A stretch of 64,000 nucleotides of DNA, from positions 11,892 to 75,891 of the forward strand of contig CAWBLI010000009.1 of the NCBI GenBank assembly GCA_963789615.1. Direction: 5' to 3'. The DNA comes from an uncultured Actinomycetota bacterium (lineage in GTDB: Bacteria > Actinomycetota > Actinomycetes > JAFAQI01). A model generated the notes under the pieces. It was not told the origin of the DNA. It saw only the letters and a list, made by a program, of their open reading frames with translations, and did no database searches. Positions within the stretch are counted from its first letter, which is position 1. Each line of letters begins with the position of its first letter. Positions 1 through 8,402 of this stretch are shown here, in pieces. The position numbers and the translations under genes are program-made.

Positions 1-582
1 ATGAGCGCCGTGCTTCGCGGCGAAGATCAGCACCGACAAGGTAAAGAAGCCCAGCAGCAGGAAGCGGGCAAAGGCGCCGGCGGTCGGAAGCCACTTGCCG
101 ACGCTGAAGGACAGCACCGCCGCCAGCACCGAGATCCAGATGAACAACAGGCTGATGACGAAGAACATCGGCGAGGAGAAATCGTTGCCATGGTTGAAGA
201 AAACTGAGAACGCGGTGACGCAGGAGATCGCGAGAGTGCCGCCGAGCCAGACCGGGTTTGTCACCCAGTACAGGAAGTTGTTGACGGCACCGGCGAGGTG
301 TCCGAACGCCAGCCGCGTCCATAGGTAGGGGCCCCCTTCCTGCGGGAAGGCCGCACCAAGCTCGGCGAACAACAGGGCCTGTGGGATGAAGAAGATGATG
401 GCGAAGATCACCATCCACGTGAATGCCTCGCCACCGCTCGAGGCCACCGACGCGATCGTGTCGACGCCGACGATCGTGCAAATGAGGAAGAACAGGATGT
501 CGAAGCGGCCGAAGTGGCGCTTCAGCTTCGCGGTCTCGGTGCGGGCGGCGACGGTGAGGTTTCCGTCGAGGGCGAGCGTCAC
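1..582 (-). CDS. APC-family amino acid permease, 5' part (runs off the window)
   Basis: Manual translation of the minus strand from GTG 582 (GGAGG upstream): ...KLKRHFGRFDILFFLICTIVGVDT...LLFAELGAAFPQEGGPYLWTRLAFG...; AEL..A.P.EGG.Y.W...AFG is the APC signature. Not in the ORF track. Confidence 0.85.
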   Translation of the reverse strand, partial: MTLALDGNLTVAARTETAKLKRHFGRFDILFFLICTIVGVDTIASVASSGGEAFTWMVIFAIIFFIPQALLFAELGAAFPQEGGPYLWTRLAFGHLAGAVNNFLYWVTNPVWLGGTLAISCVTAFSVFFNHGNDFSSPMFFVISLLFIWISVLAAVLSFSVGKWLPTAGAFARFLLLGFFTLSVLIFAAKHGAH

Positions 583-701
583 GCGGCCTCCGGGCTCGGT
601 CGCCGGACCGCTGGGAAGCGCCGTGGGACGGCAGCTGACCGGGCGGTCAGGAGCACATCACATCGCTACTGGTTACCGCCATAGCTTGCGGCGACCAATG
701 C

Positions 702-1076
702 TCACCGCTCGATGATCACGTTGGTGGCCTTGACCACCGCGATGGCCTGCACGCCGGCCTCGAGCTCCAGGTCGTCGGCCGCCTCGCGGCTCATCAGCGA
801 CACGATCCGGTGGTCACCGCACGACATCTCGACCTGAGCCATCACGCCGTCACGGACGACGGACACGACGACACCGGGGAGTCGGTTGCGGGCGCTGGAC
901 TTGCGGCGCGAGCCGCCTCGGGCCTGGAGCAACGCCGCCAGCTCGGACGCGGGCAGCATCCGCTGGTTGCCCTGCCGGACGAAGGTGACCCGGCCGTCCG
1001 CCTCCCACCGGCGCAGCGTGTCGATGCTCACGCCGACCGCCTTGGCCACCTCGCCGATGCGCAACAGGTCGTCCAC
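702..1076 (-). CDS. MerR/excisionase-type HTH + TOBE (Mop) molybdate/tungstate-responsive regulator
   Basis: N-terminal LRIGEVAKAVGVSIDTLRRWE HTH; C-terminal SSARNRLPG...VKATNV Mop/TOBE motif. Confidence 0.9.
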   Translation of the reverse strand: MDDLLRIGEVAKAVGVSIDTLRRWEADGRVTFVRQGNQRMLPASELAALLQARGGSRRKSSARNRLPGVVVSVVRDGVMAQVEMSCGDHRIVSLMSREAADDLELEAGVQAIAVVKATNVIIER

Positions 1077-1099
1077 GGCGCCTTACCTTAAGGGACCCG

Positions 1100-2051
1100 C
1101 TAGGCCGAATCTCTCGGCGTCACGAGCTGTCCGTCTCGGTAGCGAACCCCCCCGGTGATGCGAACCGTGAGCGACTCACCAACCTGCGGGCCCGGCAACG
1201 GCACCAGGGCCGACAGCCGACCGCCCTCGACGTCGAGCTCGGCGCGGGCACCGTCCTCTACCGGGATCAGCCGCGTCACGGTCGCGACCAGCTCACCCGC
1301 CGGGTCGACCTGGACGTGCACCGGGCGGGTCAACAGCTGATCCGGGCCCACCTGAAGCTCGCCCGTGAACCCCAGGAACCGCGCGACCTCAGGGGTCGGA
1401 GGCCGGTCGAGCACGTCGCGGGGAGGGCCGGCGGCCGCGATGCGGCCCGCGAGCAGCACGACCAACCGGTCGGCCAGCGCCCACGCCTCGGCGCGGTCGT
1501 GGACGACGACGACCACGGCGCCTGCGCTCCCCCGCAGCGCGATGGCGGCATCGTCGAGCAGCGCCGCCCGGGCGGCGTTGTCCAGCCCGGCGAACGGCTC
1601 GTCCAGCAACAACAGGTCGGGCTGGATCGCCACAGCGCGCGCCAGATGCACCCGCCGTCGCTCGCCGCCCGACAGTGTGGCTGCCGGACGGTCTGCGAGA
1701 TGGTCGGCGCGCATGGCGGTGAGTGCCTCGACCGCCCGGGTACGCCGGGCCCGTCGGGGCGCGCCCGACCAGGCGAGGGCCAGCTCGACGTTGGCGCGTG
1801 CGCTTCGCCGCGCCAGGTCGGGCGATTGCAACGCAGCCGCCACCCGGCCGTTGCGCTGAATGGTTCCGGCCGATGGCTGCAGCAGGTTCGCGAGCGTCTC
1901 CAGCAGGGTGCTCTTCCCGGCGCCGTTCGGGCCCGAGCACCGCCACCACCTCGCCCGGGCTCACATCGAGATCGACGTCCTCGAGGATCCGACGGCTTCC
2001 GCGGTCGACGCTGAGGCCAACCGTCCGCAGCACCGCTGTCGAAGCCGTCAC
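1100..2051 (-). CDS. ABC transporter ATP-binding subunit (TupC/ModC-like), one frameshift near 1930
   Basis: Walker [10 protein letters not shown] is split across frames at a G run; LSGGE signature, LLLLDEP Walker B, C-terminal OB/TOBE-like region. Confidence 0.85.
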
Positions 2052-2771
2052 GACGAGGCCCGGAACCGGAAGCCGGTCTGGTCGCGTTGCTGCAGGAAGG
2101 TCAGCGCGGCGATGATGACGGTCATCAGGCCGAGCAGGACGATCCCGATCGCCACGGCCTCCGAGTAGTTGGCACCGGCGACCTGCGCGAGCGCCGCGCT
2201 GGCCAGCGTCTCGTCGCGGCCCTGGATGTTGCCGCCCACCAGGACGATCGCGCCCACCTCCGACAGCGCCGAACCGACCGTGGCGATGGCGGCGGTGATG
2301 ACCCCGATCCGGGCCTCGCGCAGCGCGAGCCCCCACACCTGGACGGTTCCGGCGCCGAACGCCCGGGCCTGCGCGAGCAGCCCCACCGGAACGGCCTGCA
2401 CCGCGGCGCTGGTGAGGGCGACGACGATCGGCGCGGCCAGCAGGGTCTGGGCCAGGTAGATCCCGTGCAGCGTGTAGATCAGGTGCAACCGACCCAGCGG
2501 AGCCGCCGGGAACATCAGCAGGTACAGCACCAGCCCGATCAGCACCGGTGGCAGGACGAAGCGCGACGTTGACGAGCACGAGGGCGATGCCGTCGGCCGC
2601 GGGAACCGACCCAGCCCCAGCGCGAGACCGAGCGGGACGCCCGAAGACCAACGCGATCGTCGTCGAGAAGAAGGCCACCTTGAGGGTGACCCAGGTGATC
2701 TGCCGCAGGTAAGGATCGCCCGTGATGATGAGGTGCCACGCCTGCCGGACGCCGTCCCACAGGAACTCCAC
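2048..2771 (-). CDS. ABC transporter permease (TupB-like tungstate permease), frameshifted around 2560-2640
   Basis: IGLVLYLL..PAAPLGRLHLIYT...LAQTLLAAPIV...LSEVGAIVLVGGNIQG matches the TupB pattern; N-terminus VEFLWDGVRQAWHLIITGDP lies in another frame. Confidence 0.85.
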
Positions 2772-3097
2772 TAGGGGCTCGCTGTGCCTGTGACATAGAC
2801 CAGCTGACCGTTCGGGAGCCGATAGACGGTGCCCACCTTGGTGCCCTGCCCGACCGCGTGGGCGCCGGGCGACGGAAGCGTGTGGATCGTCTGGCCGGGC
2901 GAGATCTGGATGGTGCCTGGCGCGACCGGGTTGAGCCCGGTCTTCGTGATCGCCTTGGTGAGGTTGAGCGACGACAGCGCCGCGAGCAGGAACGCGACCG
3001 CGAGCACGATGCCGAGGTCGAAGAGGTTGACCAGGCCGTCGAGCGGGTCGCCGTTGCGGTCCTCGCGGCGCCGGGCATTCGGCGTCACCTGGATCAT
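2771..3097 (-). CDS. DUF2149 family single-TM protein (HmuV-like)
   Basis: DPLDGLVNLFDLGIVLAVAFLLA and C-terminal GQGTKVGTVYRLPNGQLVYV are the DUF2149 hallmarks; GGAGG RBS before ATG 3097. Confidence 0.85.
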   Translation of the reverse strand: MIQVTPNARRREDRNGDPLDGLVNLFDLGIVLAVAFLLAALSSLNLTKAITKTGLNPVAPGTIQISPGQTIHTLPSPGAHAVGQGTKVGTVYRLPNGQLVYVTGTASP

Positions 3098-3743
3098 GGC
3101 GCGCCTCCGGCTCGTGAGACCGGTGTCGTCGGTGAGCACAGCCGCGACGTACTCGAGGTCGGAGAGGTCCTGGCCGTAGATCCGGTCGCGGTACAGCGTC
3201 ACCGCGAACGCGACGCCGCCGATCAGCAAGCCCAGCACCGTGACGCTGAACGCCACCCGTAGGTCCTGGCTGAGCTCGTGGACGTTGCCGCGGGCCAGGC
3301 CATCGAGCGCCGGCGACAGCGGGATCAGGGTGCCCATCAGACCGAGCGCCGGGCCGGCCCGGACCAGCAGCCTGGTGCGGCCGAGCTTGCGTTGCGACGC
3401 GAAGTCGAAGTCGGCCAGCGCCTTCGCCAGCTCGGTGTCCGCGCCCGGGCGCACCGGCCTGGGCGGCGATGGTGGCGAGGGTGCCGGCCATGGCCGGGCT
3501 CCACGCGGCCTTCGACAGAGCGCGGCAACCGCCGACTCGTCACCCTCGTCGAGCGCGCGTCGCGCCAGTCTCGGCGGTGGTCGACAGCAGCGGAAAGCTC
3601 CGCCGTTGACGGGAGTGGAACTCAACGAGGAAGCCGCCGACCTCGACGATCACCGCCGCCAGGGCGAGCAACGCCAGGATGAGGACCGGAACCTCGAGGA
3701 CCGACGCGACGTGGAAGATCGCCTCGTCGATGGCATGGGTCAC
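3094..3743 (-). CDS. MotA/TolQ/ExbB proton-channel family protein (HmuU-like), frameshifted
   Basis: GPALGLMGTLIPL...LRVAFSVTVLGL matches ExbB/MotA TM2-TM3; N-terminal TM is in ORF 3540..3743. Confidence 0.85.
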
Positions 3744-3753
3744 GGCAGCGACA

Positions 3754-5068
3754 CTATCGACGCCGCAGCGTCAACCAACCACGCTCCCGAGCAATCCCGA
3801 CTCCCAGCAGCAGCAGAACGGCCCCGACGTAGATCGGTATGACACCGGGGCTCCAGCTCGTGGCGTCAGCGGTCGCCGACAGCGCGGAGTCCGACACGAT
3901 CGCCGACTCGCTGGCCGCCGCACTCAGTGACACCGGTTGTCCCGCGCCGATCACCTGGCCGCTGACGAATGCCAGCTGGTCGCCGCCGCCGTTTGCGATC
4001 AGCGGTTGTTGACCGGAGAGCCGGGCACCGAGGCGGGTCGCGATCGACGGACCGAGGGCCAGCTGACCCAGCCCCGGAAACTTCGCGTGCCGGTGGTTGT
4101 GGGCGCCCCGGCCGGGCGTCGCCGGTGCGCTCGTGACCGGGTGCGGAGTAGCGGAGTGGGTCGGTGACGGCGTGTGGGTGGTGCCGGGCCGCGGGCTCGG
4201 CGACGAGCTCGGCTTCGGCGATCCGGCGACGGTGATGGTCAGCGGGTCGGCGATGCCGCCGGACCCGTCACTGGCTCCGGTGACCTTCAGCAGCACCGAG
4301 TAGGTCCCCGACGCGCTGAACGCGTGCGACAGGCTTGGCGTGCTCGCGGTGTGACCGTCACTGAACGACCACGAGTACTCCAGTGACGACGGGTCAGAGG
4401 ACCCGGTCACGGTCGCGGTGAAGCTGACCGGCGTCACCCACCGGAACATGGTTGTGCCGGCTCGCCTTGGCGGTGACGGTCAACGTCGGACCGGTGAAGA
4501 CGTAGACGTCCAGCGGATCGCTCTGGTCGTTGGGGGTGAAGATGTCCTGCTCGTTGGCATCATCGAAGCTCGTGAGCGGCCGCACATATCCCACCGAGTT
4601 GCCGGTCGAGTAGACGGCCGGGACCTGCGAGGACACGAAGGTGCCGGACGCCGCCGGGTCTTGCAGCTCGGCCGTCGTCAGCGTCGCCCAGGTGCCGTCG
4701 TTGCGCAGGACCGCCGTGTGCAGATCGCCACCGCCGACATCGACGCCACTGGCGGCCAGCAGGCCGTGCAGCGAGAGCGCATCGGACACGCACACGGTGC
4801 CGTTGGTCTCGCCGTCCTTCTCGCCGGCAAACCGCTTGTCGTAACAGGTGTTGTTCGGTACGTCGGAGTCCTGCGCGAGCTGTGCCGGCGTGAACTGCTG
4901 CACGAGAGTGGGGTTGCCATCTTGGTACTCGAGGACGTTGACGCACCCGCCGCTCGACGGGCACGCCGTGTCAGCAGCCGCTGATCGGGCCGCAGGCACG
5001 ACGCAGACTCCCGCGGTCAGCACGACTACGGCCGTGCGACCGAGGAGTCCGCGACGGGTGAACCTCAG
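3754..5068 (-). CDS. Exported, C-terminally membrane-anchored PKD-domain protein, frameshift near 4445
   Basis: In-frame Tat-like signal (L/M)RFTRRGLLGRTAVVVLTAG from CTG 5068; PKD motif YSWSFSDGHT...HAFSASGTYSVLLKVT; Pro/Ser/Thr linker; C-terminal TM and RRR tail. Confidence 0.75.
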
Positions 5069-6762
5069 TTCACCGTCACCATTCGAGATGCGGAGGTCCC
5101 GGTGAAGGTTTGTCCGGCAGTCACGTACTTCAGTCTAAGCCGCCAGGTGAAGCCACGCGCGAGGTGGAAGTGGAGCACGAAGTTGTGCTTGCCCGCCTTC
5201 ACGTCCCGCTTGCCCACGAACTTCAAGGCATGACCGGAGTGACCGGCGTACAGGCTCAGGTGGGCGAAGGCGCCGGTCGACGACGGCTTGAGGCCACCCT
5301 TCATGGTGACCCGTCCCAGGTGCGCGCTCACCTTGTGGATGGCGACGGTGGCCCGCACGTTGACCCGTCCAGCCGACTTCGAGGCAGGAGACAGCAGATC
5401 GCCGAACACCGGGCTCAGGGTGGCGTTCTCGATCTGGGAGATCTCGCCGGTCGAGACGGTGTACTTCGCGTTGGCGTTGGGGTGGACGGTGAACGAGTAG
5501 TTCCCGTTCGCCTTCGTGCGCACCGACTTCAGGACGACCGGCTTGGCGCCCGGGTTGGCCTTGGCGACGGAGATCCGCAGCGCCGAGAGGGTCACCTTCT
5601 TATCTGCGAGCTTCGGCGTGCCCGGCACCACGTTGCGTAACGACCCCTTGATGGTGAACGCCTTGCCGGCTTTCACGGATTCCGGGAGCTTCGACGTCGT
5701 GATCACGGGGGCCGCGTCTTTGAGGAACGGCGAACCACCGGGCGCGTCCTTCAAGTAGTTGTTCGCGGCGGTCTGCCCGGCCGGCGAGCTCAGCCACTGG
5801 ATGAACGCCAGGGCCAGGATCGGGTTGAGGTTCGCGGTGCTCGGCACCGCGGCCGGGTTGATGGCGTATGCGTGGAAGGAGTTGACCAGCAACGTCGTCT
5901 TGCCGGGGGCGCTGGCTGAGTTGGCCTTGTTGATCACCTTGAGGTTCGGGATCAGGTCGCTGCTTCTCGAGGTTGTCGTACGTTCCCCGGTCGGTGATCG
6001 TGTAGCAGCCGGTCAGACCGGTGCACGCATTGGTGAACTCGACGTTGGCGGACTGCGAGTGGTCGTTGGTGGCCTGGTACCACGAGGGTGCGGGCTGCGG
6101 GCAGTCACCGGTAGCGGTGGCGGGCGTCGTACCGCCACCGTTCGCCGTGCTCACGGTGCAGCGTCGTCACGCCGCTGGTCAGTGCCCAGATCTCGTGCTC
6201 CTCGACGTTGGTGCCGGAGTTGTCGCTGCGCGAGATGAAGGTGGCCTCGTTGCTGGCCCCAGCCGCGGCAATGTCCTGGAACGCGCCCACGATGTTGCCC
6301 GCGTCGCCGTTAGGCGTCCACGTGGGCCGGGTCGGACGTGGGTCCGAGCAGCACGAAGTCGCCGTGGAAGACGGCTCGGCCGTACTTCTCCAGCGAGAAG
6401 CCGCTGCCTACGAACTGGTTCTCCAACGACGCCGCGTGCACGAGCAACGCACTGCCGTTCCCGGCCTCCGCGTCGGTGATCGCGGCCTGAGTGCCCTCAC
6501 CCTTGTACCCGACCGAGATGTGCACGCCCCGATGGGCGTTGTCGTAGAACGACGTGAAGTCGGCGGTCAGCACGTTCGACAGCCCGGAGTCCGACACATC
6601 GCTCGTCCCGACGATGGTCAGGGTCGTTGAGTTCGTCTCCGCCCGGGAGGCCGGCGGGCTGAGCGCGAAGCCCACCAGGACCGCCAGTACGGCGAGAAAT
6701 ACCACGATGACGCGGCTATGGGAGATCGACAGGGGGCGCGAGTGCGCGAGCGTTGTGGGCAC
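5065..6762 (-). CDS. TupA-like (PBP_like_2) tungstate/molybdate-type substrate-binding protein with ~210-aa C-terminal extension; about 3 frameshifts
   Basis: Motifs across ORF pieces: VGTSDVSDSGL, LLVHAASLENQF, DFVLLGPTSDPA, FISRSDNSGT, YTITDRGTY, AINP; Sec-type signal peptide. Confidence 0.8.
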
Positions 6763-6782
6763 GGATCGGACCTTAACCCCCG

Positions 6783-6797
6783 TGCCAATGTTTTGCA
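6783..6797. promoter_or_regulatory. Imperfect palindrome TGCcAAtgtTTtGCA, candidate operator of the Mo/W operon
   Basis: AT-rich inverted repeat overlapping a putative -35 (ATGCAA-N17-TAAGGT on the minus strand) just upstream of the TupA-like start. Confidence 0.4.
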
Positions 6798-6945
6798 TAG
6801 GTTTCCTAGCGCCGTCCCCACCGAAACCCGGGTGACGCCGCGCCGACATCGGACTACCGTCCGCAAGAACCGACAACCACGATCGACGACTTCAGGGAGG
6901 TGAGGACCGTGCCGCTGCTGACGCCTGCCCATCGACCCGTCCTCC

Positions 6946-7998
6946 GTGAAAGGCACCCCGTTGTCGTCTCCCGAACTGTCGTTCCTGCACCGAATCGGCC
7001 TCAGCGCGAGCATCGAGGCCGCACTTAGCAGGTACGCCGAGATCCATCGACTCGGTCGCATCTGCCGCGTCGATCGAGCCGCCGTTGACGTGCTCACCGC
7101 GTCCGGCACGATGCGCGTGACCACCCGCTCGACCGATCCCGTGATCGTCGTCGGTGACTGGGTCGCGGTGGTCGACGGCGCGGTGGCTGCCGTCGCCCCA
7201 CGACAGGCCACCATCGTCCGCGCGGCAGCGACCGGTGAGTCCGTCGAGCAGCCGCTGGTCGCGAACGTTGACGTAGTACTCGTCGTGGTCGCCACGGTTC
7301 CCGCGCCGCGGCTCGCCATGGTCGAACGCCTCGTCGCCCTCGCGTGGGACAGCGGGGCGACCCCGGTCATCGTGGTCACGAAGGCCGACCTCACCAGTGA
7401 CCCGGTCGGAGTGGCCGCGGACATCGGAGGCAGCGCCCCAGGCGTCGAGCTGCACTGCATGAGCGCCACGACCGGCGCCGGTCTCGACGAGCTGACGGCG
7501 TACGACCTTCCCGGCACGACCCTGTGCCTGCTGGGGCGGTCGGGTGCGGGGAAGTCCACCCTCGCCAACGTGCTGCTGGGCGAACACCGGCTCACCACGG
7601 GTGAGATCCGTAGCGACGGCAAGGGCCGTCACACCACGTCGCACCGGGAGCTGGTGACACTGCCCGGCGGCGGCGTGCTGGTCGACACGCCGGGACTTCG
7701 CGGAGCCGGCCTGTGGCTCGACGGCGACGGGCTGACCCGGGCATTCCCGGAGATCGACGACCTCGTCACGCAGTGCCGGTTCTCCGACTGCGGCCACCTC
7801 ACCGAGCCAGGGTGCGCGATCCTCGCCGCCATCGACGAGGGGCGACTCCCCCGCCGCCGGCTCGACAGCTGGCGCAAGCTGCAACGTGAGGCCGCCTGGA
7901 TGGCATCGCGTGGCGATGCCCGGCTGCGCAACGAGGCGCTTCGGCAGTGGAAGATCCGCAGCCGCGAGACCCGCCGGTCGGGACGGATCCGGCCTTAG
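6946..7998 (+). CDS. rsgA: Ribosome small subunit-dependent GTPase A (probably a paralogue; start may be TTG 6961)
   Basis: Circularly permuted GTPase order TKAD, GRSGAGKST, GRHTT, DTPG; Zn site CRFSDCGHLTEPGC. Confidence 0.92.
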   Translation: MKGTPLSSPELSFLHRIGLSASIEAALSRYAEIHRLGRICRVDRAAVDVLTASGTMRVTTRSTDPVIVVGDWVAVVDGAVAAVAPRQATIVRAAATGESVEQPLVANVDVVLVVVATVPAPRLAMVERLVALAWDSGATPVIVVTKADLTSDPVGVAADIGGSAPGVELHCMSATTGAGLDELTAYDLPGTTLCLLGRSGAGKSTLANVLLGEHRLTTGEIRSDGKGRHTTSHRELVTLPGGGVLVDTPGLRGAGLWLDGDGLTRAFPEIDDLVTQCRFSDCGHLTEPGCAILAAIDEGRLPRRRLDSWRKLQREAAWMASRGDARLRNEALRQWKIRSRETRRSGRIRP

Positions 7999-8132
7999 CC
8001 GGCCGTCGGGCTGCGACCCAGCCGCCTAAGCCATCCAGCAGGCGGAAATAGGACTTCCTCCTGATGTGGCCGGCTACCTCAGACGCCGATCGTGGACTTC
8101 GTCACCGAGAGAGCACCACACAAGGAGTTGAC

Positions 8133-8402
8133 ATGAAGATGCCCGCGACATTCTCCGAGGCGTTCATGCAGGCCGAGCTCGACTACCGGCGCGAGCGCCT
8201 CAACGGCGTCGTGGCGCGGCAGCCGCGAGTCCACCGGCCCACGGTCCGGCGGCGGTGGCGGCGCGGCAGCGCCCCGCGCCGGTCGCACGCCGGTCAGCAC
8301 GCCGGTGAGCACGCAGCCGACCCAGACTGCACCGGTCTGCCGGCCGATCCACGCCGGCACTCTGCACTGAGGCAGAAAACGTGTCGCATTCAGCAGCCAT
8401 GA
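8133..8402 (+). CDS. Small hypothetical protein preceding the LAL regulator
   Basis: AAGGAG RBS then ATG; AELDYRRERL segment; 3' end uncertain. Confidence 0.5.
   Translation: MKMPATFSEAFMQAELDYRRERLNGVVARQPRVHRPTVRRRWRRGSAPRRSHAGQHAGEHAADPDCTGLPADPRRHSALRQKTCRIQQP

Noticed and set aside
1920-1940. Programmed frameshifting in the ABC ATPase or other split genes
   Set aside because: The breaks fall in short G/C runs, are numerous and clustered, and lack canonical slippery heptamers; sequencing error is more parsimonious.
1389-3491. 700-aa minus-strand ORF and other long Arg/Pro-rich ORFs (21893..23773, 30220..32118, 56454..57698, 61600..63017)
   Set aside because: These are shadow frames of high-GC coding DNA or chimeras created by frameshifts; they have no coherent domain content of their own.
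2771-3625. Genuine ExbB-DUF2149 fusion protein (284-aa ORF)
   Set aside because: An internal GGAGG RBS with an ATGA junction and nearby indels point to two genes joined by a sequence error.
6780-6950. Moco/tungsten-cofactor or cobalamin riboswitch upstream of the Mo/W operon
   Set aside because: A GGAAAC is present, but I could not find the other conserved elements or stems, and the space is occupied by two divergent promoters. An Infernal/Rfam scan would settle it.
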